A stretch of DNA of 64,000 nucleotides, from NCBI GenBank assembly GCA_964016885.1, contig OZ024753.1:24738001-24802000 (forward strand), given 5' to 3'. Positions 25,067 to 36,581 of the stretch are shown piece after piece. This DNA comes from Eledone cirrhosa. Its lineage: Eukaryota. The notes beneath the pieces are model-generated. The model saw only the letters and a list, made by a program, of their open reading frames with translations, did no database searches and was not told the DNA's origin. Position numbers and translations under genes: made by a program. Every line of letters starts with the position of its first letter. The first letter of the stretch is position 1.

Positions 25067-25773
25067 CTGGAATAAAATTAGAGAAGAACTTATTTCATAA
25101 ACTAAGAATTATATTAAAATATCTGGCTGAACCTCCTGTCTCTTCCCCACCGGCCCCTCCTATATATCTCTACCATATTACCTCTAACCCTTGCAATAAA
25201 TTATAAACATAAATTATCTCTCTTAGCCTTTCAACTTAAAAAAAAGGGGTTGCCTCCCCTGTCCATTCCGATATATAAGTGAAAGACAGACGGAGAAACA
25301 GGTCTTTTATAATATAAACTAGCATTTTCTCCAACACGCTGACATATATGTGTGTATGTGTGTGTGTATGTATGTGTGTGTGTGTGCGTATGCATACATT
25401 TATATGTATGAGTATATAAATATAAATGCACAAACACACACACACTTACAGAAATACACACTCACAGACATACATTCACACAAATACACATGCACATTAA
25501 CATACACACACATGCATTTCCACAAACACACACAAGCATATACACTCACACACAGCGTAGCAAATAGAACACCAGCTGCTGTTTTGCTATAGTTTTTTCA
25601 CCATCACCTTCCTTCCTTTTACACACATACATTCAACCAAACACACACACACACATACATTCACACACGCACATTAACACACACACATTGTGTGACAGAC
25701 AGAGGTCACTCAGGTTTATATATAGATTGTACACACAAGTGTAGTGAATGTTAGATGCTGTTTTCTGTAGTTT

Positions 25774-26605
25774 GTCATCACCCCTTCCTTCCTCAGTCAA
25801 CTCTAGTGCGTGATGTCATCACCCCTTCCTTCGTCAGTCAACTCTAGTGTGTGACATCATCACCCCTTCCTTCCTCAGTCATCTCTAGTGTGTGACGTCA
25901 TCACCCCTTCCTTCGTCAGTCAACTCTAGTGCGTGACATCATCACCCCTTCCTTCCTCAGTCATCTCTAGTGTGTGACGTCATCACCCCTTCCTTCGTCA
26001 GTCATCTCTAGTGTGTGACGTCATCACCCCTTCCTTCGTCAGTCAACTCTAGTGTGTGACGTCATCACGCCTTCTTTCCTCAGTCAACTCTAGTGTGTGA
26101 CGTCATCACTCCTTCCTTCGTCAGTCAACTCTAGTGTGTGACGTCATCACGCCTTCTTTCCTCAGTCAACTCTAGTGCGTGCCATCATCATCCCTTCCTT
26201 CCTCAGTCAACTCTAGTGTGTGACGTCATCACCCCTTCCTTCGTCAGTCAACTATAGTGTGTGACGTCATCACGCCTTCTTTCCTCAGTCAACTCTAGTG
26301 CGTGCCATCATCATCCCTTCCTTCCTCAGTCATCTCTAGTGTGTGACGTCATCACTCCTTCCTTCGTCAGTCAACTCTAGTGTGTGACGTCATCACGCCT
26401 TCTTTCCTCAGTCAACTCTAGTGCGTGCCATCATCACCCCTTCCTTCCTCAGTCATCTCTAGTGTGTGACGTCATCACGCCTTCTTTCCTCAGTCAACTC
26501 TAGTGCGTGCCATCATCACCCCTTCCTTCCTCAGTCATCTCTAGTGTGTGACGTCATCACCCCTTCCTTCGTCAGTCAACTATAGTGTGTGACGTCATCA
26601 CTCCT
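25774..26605. repeat. 41-bp minisatellite (~20 units) containing 13 perfect TGACGTCA
   Basis: Unit gtcatcaccccttccttcgtcagtcaactctagtgtgtgac, period 41. Unit junctions form TGACGTCA. Confidence 0.95.
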
Positions 26606-28171
26606 TATTGTGTGACAGAAAGACAGACAGTAGTCTCTCCAATTTATATATAGATTATATAGATCAAGCTCCTCTAACCAACAACCATCATATAGCTGCC
26701 ACCGTCTGTCTTCCTTATCCTATCACAGTTTCCTCCTTCATATTCTTATCCTCTCCTCGTTTAGCTGCTTGGGCATCACTCTCCTTCAACCCACTCTCAG
26801 GTATGTCTTGAGAGAATGGAAACACCTCTTGCTTATGAAGCAAGTCAACTTCTCTAAAGCTAGTGTCATGATAAAATCCACCCAGTCAACATAAAGGGCA
26901 CTCTTCAATCTAGTGTTGGTGCCACAGTAAAATACACCCAATACGTTCTGTTAAGTGGTTGGTGTCCAACTATAAAGACCATGGCAAAAATTGAAATGTC
27001 TGAATGAGATATGGGTCCTCCAAGCTATCTATGATGATAATATCTTTGGATAAGAACTCAAGCTATAACAACCAGAAAGGAAAGTAAAAATAAAATGATG
27101 ATTATGATGATGGTAATTATGATGGTGATATTTACGATGGTGATGATTATGATGATGATGATGGGGAAGGTGATGATTATGATGGTGTTGGTGATGATAG
27201 TGGCAATGACTAAATTTACAAATTCAAATGAAGCATATAAGAATAAAAGAGCTGTACGTTTCTCTCTACCAAATCAATACGCTTTAATAAATCCTTAAAG
27301 TATTCAATTTAAAAAGAATGGTTTACAGTTCTTTTGACTAGCATTTTTTTTATTGAAACTTAATGTGAAAATCAGTGCCATTAGTTGTAAACGATAAAAG
27401 AGAAGTGATTTTATGTGTTGCTATATATATATTTTTTTAAAAGTCTAATAAAAGGTACAACATTTTATAAGCCTATTCTGTTTTGTTAGCCATTATAATG
27501 ATAGCCTGTTGGAAAGGATGTTGTTTAAAGCTATTTCTGAGATAAATCAATTATGGGAAGATATGGAAATATTTACATCAATATTAAACAATATAAAATC
27601 TTTAACTGAATAAAGAAACCTCTACAACTTAAAAAAGATTCCCTCAACAAGTGATTTCACAATAAACATGTATCACACTGTAAATGTGGTTGGTGTTAGG
27701 AAGAGCATCCAGCTGTAGAAAACCTGCCAGATAGTCCTATATGAGTAAGACACGGTCACCCAATCAATCTTGCATCAAGTGGGACAATACCCGTCTAACG
27801 CATGCTGGTATAGAATATGGACGTTAAATGATGATGATGATGATGATGATGATATATAGCTATATATAGAGATACATAAAGAAAGGTAAAAATCTGACTG
27901 CAACACCTAGCTACAGTCGGGTTTCTACCTTCCTCTATATTTGCTCTACTTCTTCCCATGTATAGAATACTGCCATGATTTCTGGTCTCCCCAGACTTTA
28001 TATATATAGTTGTTTCAAGAACAGCCTCCCTAGTGCTGGTAATCTACGCAATAACAGCTCCCAGTACATGCTGTAAAGTGGTTGGTGTTAATAAGGACAT
28101 CCAGTCATAGAATACTGCCAAGCAGTGTTCGGAGGACCCTTCAGTTTGTGTCAAAGATATATACACACATA

Positions 28172-30865
28172 TATCATCATCATCATCATCTTCATCATTT
28201 TACGTCAGCTTATCCCTGCTTGCAAGGGTGGGACAGGTCCTATTCAGCACAGCATCTCTCCACTTGTCACAATTCTTCGTCATCTCCTCTGTGAGCTTCA
28301 GAGATCTGAGGTCAGCTCTCACCACCTCCGCCCATGATTTTCGTGGTCTTCCTCTACTGGGATTTCTTGGCACTTCTTTACCCAGCGGTCATCCGCCATG
28401 CGCATCACATCTCCATACCATCTCAGTCTTCTCTCCCGCACACTACAGCTTATCCCTCTTATACACAGTTTCTCTCTCAACTCATCTATGCTTGTTCGTT
28501 CACGCACATTGACATTGTACATCCAACGGAGCATGCTTGTTTCATTTCCTCTGCATATCCTCTGCAGTTGCTGCCCATGTCTCACTACCATGCAGCATCA
28601 CGCATCTCACACAGGCATCATACAACTGGCCTTTCATTCCTAGGAAGTAACCCTTATTTGTCAACAGAAGAAGCAGCTCCCTAAACTTCTTCCAACCCGT
28701 CCTTATTCTAAATACTATGGCCTCGGAGCACCCCCCCCCCTTCCTTGCTAATCTGATCATCTAGGTATCAAAAGCTATCAACCACTTCTATAGATCCTAC
28801 CTGCATTTGAAAAATGTGTCTATCACTGCAACTTCTACTGTTAAATTTCCCTGAACATCTACTACATATGTAGTTTTCCCTACCTGTTAGTTTGCCTGCT
28901 ATCCCACTACATCTTTTGTGTACCCAAGATCTGCATTGTGTACATTCTATAGAATTTATGCCAACTCCTTTTCTACATATCTAAAATGGTTATTTCCCAG
29001 ATGGAATCAGACTTTTGTCCTCTTTTCTACTTATCAACACTTTAGTCTTAGCTAGGTTCACTCTCAGTCCTCTTGATTCCAACTGTTGTTTCCATAGCCA
29101 GAATTTATTCTCTAGCTCCTCTACTGATTCTGTAAGTACCAGATCGTCTGCATAGAGAAGTTTCCATGGGCAGTTAGTCTTAAACTCCTCTGTTATGGCT
29201 TGGAGGACTATAATGAACAAGAGCGGGCTGAGGACCGAACCCTGATGTGCTCCTACTTGTATCTGGAATTCCTCACTAAACTCCATTCCTACTCTCACTT
29301 TACTGACAGCACCTCTGTATATAGCTTGCACCGTCCTCACAAGCCATTCCTCTACACCTAGTTTCCTTAGGGACCACCAGATGACAGATCGGAGTACACT
29401 ATCAAAGGCCTTCTCTAGGTCAACAAAAGCTAAGTATAGTGGCTTATTCTTCTCTAAGAACCTCTCTTGTAGTTATCTCACTAAGAAGAGAGCATCTGTT
29501 GTACTTTTCCCAGGCACAAAACCAAACTGCATCTCATCTAATTTGACCCTTTCTCTAATTAGTTGCGCTAGTATTCTTTCTGCCACATTCATAATCTGAT
29601 CCATCAGTTTTATGCCCCTATAATTGCTCCTTTCCAGAGCATCCCCTTTACCTTTGTAGCAATTTATAAGAATACTGCTGCACCAGTCTTTGGGTATGAC
29701 TCCACCATATATAGCTTGATTGGCGATGCGAGCAACCAGTTTAGTGCCTACGTCCCCTGATGCCTTCAGTGCCTCAACAACTATCCCTGATGGTCCAGCG
29801 GCGTTACCACTTTTCATTCCCTTAATTGCCTCTTGGACCCTATAGTCGTCAATCTCAATAGCTAATCCCTCTGTTGGATCTACTGGAGGGTAGTTTCTCT
29901 CTCTCCCATTCATTCTCAACATTCATTAGTCTCTCATAATGACATTTCCAGGCATCCTTTTTCTGTGCATCAGTGACACTAAGTGCACCAGAATCATTTC
30001 GGACACACCTATCTCCAACAACATCCTGATTTACCGATACACTGCTTTGCAATGCGGAACACTGCACATCTCTGATCTTCTTCTCGCAGAACATTGGCAA
30101 ACCTCCTACTCTCAGCTTCCCTGCGTGCTAAGTACACTTGACGTCTAGCCTCTCTTTTAGTGGCTGAGTATTCGTCTCTACTCCCACCATTTTCCAAGCC
30201 TTCTATGCTAGTCTTTTGTCTTTAATGACCCTATCTACCGTGCTGTTCCACTACCAGGTCACTCTCTGTCTGGTCGGAGCTCTGCTCCAGCCACAAGTTT
30301 CATCAGTAGCCTGCAGTAAGTTGTCACGTAAGAAATTCCAGTTATTATCTATGTCATACATCTCTAAATCGTCTTCTTTTTCGTCATACACATCTTGAAG
30401 GGCTTTCCTAAATTTGTATTTTAGTGAAAGGTCTTTTAGCTTCCAGACCTTCCTTTTCCACACCTTCCTGTATGTCTCATTTTGTTTCTTGCTTACTGAG
30501 ATGTCACTAACGACTAGCCTATTCTGTGGGGTACATTCTTCCCCAGGGTATGCCTTGGTATTTGACACCATCTATCTATTTCGTTGCCTAACTAGCAAGA
30601 AGTCAATCTGGCTTATGTGCTCGCCAGATTTGTAGGTTTTTAGGTAGTTGCAAATGGTTAGTGCACTTGCATTACAAAATTCAAGAAGCCTCACTCCTTC
30701 GTTTCTTCAGCCGTAACCGTGCTCACCATGTACCCCAGTGTATCCATCCTGAAGCTGTCCAACATGACCATTGAAGTCCCCTGCTAGCATAACGATGTCT
30801 CTGTCCTCTGTCATTGTGGCTGTTTGTAAAAGTTGCTCGTAAAAGTAGTCTTTCTCTTCTTTACC
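28172..30865 (-). mobile_element. RTE family B, decayed (part of APE, RT, 3' tail)
   Basis: AGDFNGHVG, NYRGIKLMDQ, HQGSVLSPLLF, LLYADDLV, LHGSETW; (GAT)n tail at 28172. Collinear with 46400-49141. Confidence 0.92.
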
Positions 30866-33085
30866 GATCTGGGTTCTGTTTTCTCGTCTACTTACAAGGA
30901 CCTTAGTCTTTGTCATGTTGACTTTGAGACCCTTTCTTTCTAGTCCCTGCTTCCAAGTTTGGAATTTCTTCTCTAGTTCTACCATAGATTCAGCTATAAG
31001 TGCGAGGTCATCAGCATACAGGAGTTCCCATGGGCATCCGGTCTTAAACTCCTCCGTTATTGCCTGCAGGACTATGATGAACAGGAGAGGGCTAAGAACA
31101 GAGCCCTGGTGGACACCAACCTGTACGCTAAATTCCTCGCTATACTCATTGCTAATCCTAACTTTGCTGACTGCTCCCCTATACATGGCTTGTACAGCTT
31201 TCACAAGCCATTCATCTACTAGTTTTCTAAGAGCCCACCAGATTACAGCACGTGGAACTCTATCAAAGGCTTTCTCGAGATCGACGAATGCCAGGTAGAG
31301 TGGCTTACTTTTAGCTAGGTACTTTTCCTGTAACTGCTTCACAAGGAAGAGGGCATCAGTGGTGCCTCTTCCTGGTACAAACCCAAATTGCATCTCCTCT
31401 AGTTTCACCCAGTCCCTAATCAACTGTGCTATAACTCTTTCTGTTACTTTCATGACCTGGTCCATCAGCTTTATACCTCTATAATTTCCTCTATCGAGTG
31501 CATCACCTTTACCTTTGTAGCAGTTGACAATGATGCTACTGCACCAATCTTTTGGTATGACACCTTCTAGTATTACCTGGTTAACAATACGTGTGGTTAT
31601 AGTGTGACCTACAGACCCAGATGCCTTCAGCATTTCGGCAGCTATACCCAATGGACCGGTTGCCTTCCCTATCTTCATATCTTTGATTGCCTTACTTACT
31701 ATGCTGCTGCTGACTTGTACTGCTGGCCCCTCTATAGGGTCTACTTGGGGTAGGGTCTCTTCTTCCCATGTATTCTCCTCATTTAGTAATCTATCATAAT
31801 GGCTCTTCCATGCACCTTTCTTCTCAGCACTTGTGAGGGCAAGCTCACCTTTATCATTCCGGATACACTTCTCTCCAATGACATCACAATTCTCTCTGAC
31901 ACACTGCCTCGCAATCTTGAACACCTCCTGTTTCTGGTCCTCACGTTGCAAAACATGCTTGAATTTTCTATCCTCTGCTTCCCTCCTAGCTAAGTATACT
32001 TGTCGCCTAGCATCCCTCTTCGTCTCTATGTAATGTACCCTGCTCCCCCCGTTCTTCCATTCTTTCTATGCCTGTCTCTTGGCCTTAACTGCCTCATCTA
32101 CCTTATTGTTCCACCACCAAGTCACTCTCCTCCTGCTTGTGGTCTTACTCCAGCCACAGACCTCATCCGTCGCCTCTAGTAAGTTATTTTTTAGGAACTC
32201 CCAGTGCTCTTCTATATTGAATGTCTCTATCTGTTCTTCTTTACTGTCGTAGGCGTTGAGTAAAATATCTTTAAATCTGTTACTGGCTGAGGGGTCTTTC
32301 AGCTTCCAGATCTTTCTTCTCCAGGTTGGCCTCTTTCCAGGTTCGTCTAGTTCTGACCGTGAGGTCGCTGACAACTAAGCTATGTTTGGAGGTACATTCC
32401 TCACTAGGGTACGCTTTTGTGTTTACGACCGTCCATCTGTCACGTCCTCTGATGAGGATAAAATCTATCTAACTAGAATGCTCCCCTGATCTATAGGTGA
32501 TCAGGTGGTTGTCGGGTTTTTTGAAGTTTGTGTTACATATTGACATGTCATTGGCGTCGCAGAATTCTAGAAGTCTGAATCCTTCATTTCTTGTGCCAAC
32601 CCAGTGGCCTCCATGTACTCTATTGAAGCCGTCACAGTGTTTACCTACGTGTCCGTTAAAATCTCCTGCAATGATTAGGAAGTCATTGTCGTTTGTTAGA
32701 GCAGTAGTGTGCATTAGGGACTCGTAAAATCTATCCTTAAGTTCGTCTGGCAACCCCGATTGGGGTACGTAAGCTGATATTATTGTGGTAATTGTTTTAT
32801 TCAGGACTAGTCTGAGTTTAATGATTCTTGCATTTACTCTGTACACTGAGATTACTTTATCTACCCACTTGTCAGCTAATAGTATACCTACACCACCCAT
32901 CCCATCGTCATTTCCCACCCAGAAAATTTTGTAGCACTGACTTTTTCCTACAAGGACTCTAACAGACTCTTCTCTCCATCTAGTGTCTTGCACACAGCAT
33001 ACATCAATTTCCTTTTGCTCTAACATTTCTATGATTTCTCCTGCTCTTCCTTTCATTGTGCTTACATTGATGGTACCAACTCGGA
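30866..33085 (-). mobile_element. RTE family A 5' part (APE plus RT N-terminal part), decayed
   Basis: MKGRAGEIIEML..DVCCVQ, AGDFNGHVG, AFVDLEKAFDRVP, LYADDLALIAE. Breaks off after SRRENRTQI. Confidence 0.92.
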
Positions 33086-33539
33086 GTTTTGGGCATTTGT
33101 CGACACTCGTAGGGAAGGGTCAATTTTTGCAGGGGTGTGTGTGTGCTTCCTCTCTGTGGATTGGGGCTTCACATGGGTGCTTGGTAGCTCACGGATTCAT
33201 ATTCATTTCATCTATTAATTCAGAGTTGCTCCAATTTATTCTCAGCTCATCCATACATAACGGTAGGAAAATTTCAGGGCTAGAAGAACAGTGGTGGTGG
33301 TAATAATGGCAGGGTGTGTTGGACTGGGACGGGGGAGGAGAGAGTTAGGTAGTAGTAGTAGAAGAAATGGCATGCTGAGGTTTGATTGGTTGAATAGGCT
33401 ATGGTGGTGGGAGGGAAATTGTGAGGTAGGCAGCCAGTCATGGCCATCAAAATAACCGATAGAATACAGCATGGCAAAATGGCAAAATAACCGATAGAAT
33501 ACAGCATGGCAAGATAACCGATAGAAATGAATACAGCTA

Positions 33540-33858
33540 CAATAATAATTGTTTCTACTTTAGGCACAAGGCCAGCAATTACCCAGTGCATTACTGGTAC
33601 TTTATTTCATCGACCCCGTAAGGATGAAAGGCAAAGTCAACCTCGGCAGGATTTGAACTCAGATCGTAAAGGGACGTAACTATGCTGGAAAGCATGGTGT
33701 CTGACCCTCTACCGAGACTGCCAATCCACCACCCCTTATCCACAGCTACAACAATAATTGTTTCTACTTTAGGCACAAGGCCAGCAATTATCCAGTGCAT
33801 TACTGGTACTTTATTTTATCGACCCCGTAAGGATGAAAGGCAAAGTTAACTTCGGCGT
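33540..33858 (-). mobile_element. Two tRNA-derived SINE copies (one lacking its head)
   Basis: ctggtactttattt.atcgaccccgtaaggatgaaaggcaaag occurs twice. ggatttgaactc and ctgccaatccac are reverse B and A boxes. Confidence 0.8.
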
Positions 33859-34126
33859 ACAATAATAATAATAGCCAGTCATGGATTGTAGCCTTTGATG
33901 GAAAAATAGACAGATAGAGAGGCAGCATTGTAAGAGAAAATGAGGGTAACAAAATAAATGTGTTGTGGTAGCTAGCGAAGTGATAAATACAGCAATAGTT
34001 GCTAGCAGAAAATTTGCAATTGGGGAAATAGGGATACCTGACAAGATTTGTATGGATGGATGGCTGGAACGTAGCTAAACAGCTCTTAGTGATTCATTTT
34101 AGCCTATAACAATATATATATATATA

Positions 34127-36581
34127 TACGTGGAGAAGTATATAAACATGTTTATCTAAAACAGCACCTATGTACGTTTCGCCCAAATGGGCTTCTCAAG
34201 GGCATAAAAAACTAAAAAGCATTCCTTACATGACCTAGAATGGGTTTTAGAGATAAGTTCACATCACAGTTCATTCTTTGTAAAAAACATGTATTGATTT
34301 TGCAGTAGGTCAAGGGAGATAACTCTAGCCGGTGTTAGAGCAGTGTTCCCCAGGCTACTTTTTACCCGTTATTACTTTGTGGTTAATGCTTTACCATTGT
34401 CGATTCACGCAGGGTCACGGATGCAAAGTTAGTTTCCAGATGTTTGTTTGCTGCGCCTGCCCGCGGGGGTCGATTCATGCCGGGTCTGGGATGCATAGTT
34501 AGTTTCTGGATGTTTTTTGTAGCTCCTGCCCGCCGGGGTGTTAAGGTTTGGTGCAGAGTGACCTGGTTTACGGTTTTCACGCCTCATTCTTATTCTATCT
34601 GGCGTAAGAGATTTTTAAGCGGTGTGTGCAGCTTATCATCGTTTCTGCTCTGCTGTTGATGAGCTCGTGGGGTGCCGTTATGATATGGTAAAGCTCCATG
34701 GGGCAAAGCTCGCACTTCCTCTTGAAATTGTATGGTGCTGCTCTGCCGACAATTTCCCAGTGCGTGGAGAAGCTGATGTTTGAGTCTTTTAATGCTGTGA
34801 TGTAATTCGCGAGTGAAGTGGAGTGTCTTAGTTTCTTGTTTGCGAAAGAGTGATGTGTTTGAAATCTATTTTTGAACAGGCCAGAGGTAGCCCCTATATA
34901 ATGTTTAACGCTATTATGGCTAGTTACGGTGCACCTATAAATAACCCTATCAGTCAGGCAGTTTCCCCTAAGGGAGCAGCGTCCCCTGTCATGGCAGTTG
35001 CAATTCAGTCACAGTCCCTTCCAGTTCCCAAGGTAAGGCTATTATTATTGCTATCTATGTTGTTACCTACGCCCCTACACCTGTCATTGGTACCATTATA
35101 ACCCACTGTGTGCGGAGTAGTACCATTATCATTCCACACACCGCAGCGTCTTCTGTTGTCGTTGGGTGACGCGTACGGGTCACCTGTATATACCCCAGTT
35201 ATGTCACGGTTATGTTGGTTGTGTCTGTAGAGGCTGTTGCCAGCACTAGTGGGTGCTGCTAGTGAGTTGTCCAAGCCGATATAGTTAATGTCAGGTGTAG
35301 GTGCGTCTGTGCTAAGGTGCTGTGTCTTGATGATCTTACTGTGATTAGTTGTTCCTATGATGTCTGCTAGGTTAGGAGTAGTAGAGAAGGATATTTTTAT
35401 ATTGTTCCTATTAAGGATTTTCCTATATTTATGGTTGGGTGGGAAGTTCTTCTCTAAGGCTTCGAAGTATATCTGGAGTATGTCGGAGGCCACAATCCGA
35501 GAGTAGGGAGGATGGAACCAAGGACGTTACGGTGGCAGTTCCGTCCGTGTCTTTGTATGTTTGCTAAGGATTGTGCTATCACTTATGCATGTTATTGTGC
35601 TGTAGCCCGTTACGTGTCCCTTTCGCTTTATGCTCGGGTGCACTCGGCTTCCTTCTGCTACGTTTATGTATAGGAAGATGCTGGTTGGAAGGCGTTGGTA
35701 GTAGGCCATCGCCTTTGTTGATCTTATAGTAGGGGAATAATTCAAGTATGCTACAGTGATCCTTATTGTGTGGTAAGCTACCAATACTATCGCTTGTGTA
35801 ATTGGCATTGCGGTCGTGTTCCTTAGTGCGATTCTCTATACTATTATTTCTGACTCTTTCAAAGCCGCCGCATGTTCAGTTATAGGTATGGCTTACTATA
35901 ACATTAGTCTATGAGAGGGGTGGTTTCTGGAGCTAGCATTAGGGATGTAGGAGATTCTTCAGTTAAAACCGGCGCTTAGCAAGGCCTAATTGTAGTAATC
36001 TGCCGCTTGGTTGAAGATATTCTCATTGGCGGAGAGCCTCAAGATCCTATGTGAGATGCTATAAACTATGGAGTTAAGAGTCTGCTTAAGGTGGTTAGAG
36101 GCATAATTAATATAAGATAGACTCTCTCCAGGCTTATGATATGGCTTGTATAGGCCCGTACTCAACTCCAGGGTCACGTCCAGGAAGTTGACAACCTGGT
36201 CGTTGAGGTCCATAGTTACAGATAGGCTGTATGACTTGAAAAACCTGTGTATGTGCTTGTTAAGGTTCTCTATCCTGTGGGGGCTATGGTTCCTAACGGT
36301 AAACAGGGTGTCGTCTCTATATACACCTCCTTGTAGGGCCAGTATCTCGTCCCTAAGTCTATGGAGGTGGTATATTCCGACCAGGTCGGTTGCTTGCGCC
36401 GAGTCACTGGACCCCATCGTGATATCGAAGTTATCAGGACGGTTGGTTTGGGTCCAGTGGGAACCTTCGAACTGGATAATGGTTCTATGCGCCGCTAGAA
36501 CTATATCTATCTCTTTTTTAGTGAGGCTAGTGTTAGATTTAGCTAAGATGAATGCCGTATTTAAGAGTATAGGGGAGATAA
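34127..36581 (-). mobile_element. Decayed PLE (WxxPPY / CNC-CxLxGxC type), same family as 3027-4232
   Basis: FDITMGSSDSA, GVYRDD, VNFLDVTL, WFHPPYS, CNCHDRGRCSLRGNCL, VIY...HYIG. The 3' region 34127-34710 matches 3485-4083. Confidence 0.9.
34164..34205 (-). ncRNA. Hammerhead motif (U3-A8 variant), third copy
   Basis: ccc TTGAGAA GCCC attt GGGC GAAAC gtac ATA ggtgc. Stem II is preserved with a different loop. Confidence 0.55.

Noticed and set aside
25774-26605. CRISPR-like periodicity in this and the 34/37/48-bp arrays
   Set aside because: Head-to-tail units with no unique spacers, no cas genes, and a eukaryotic context.
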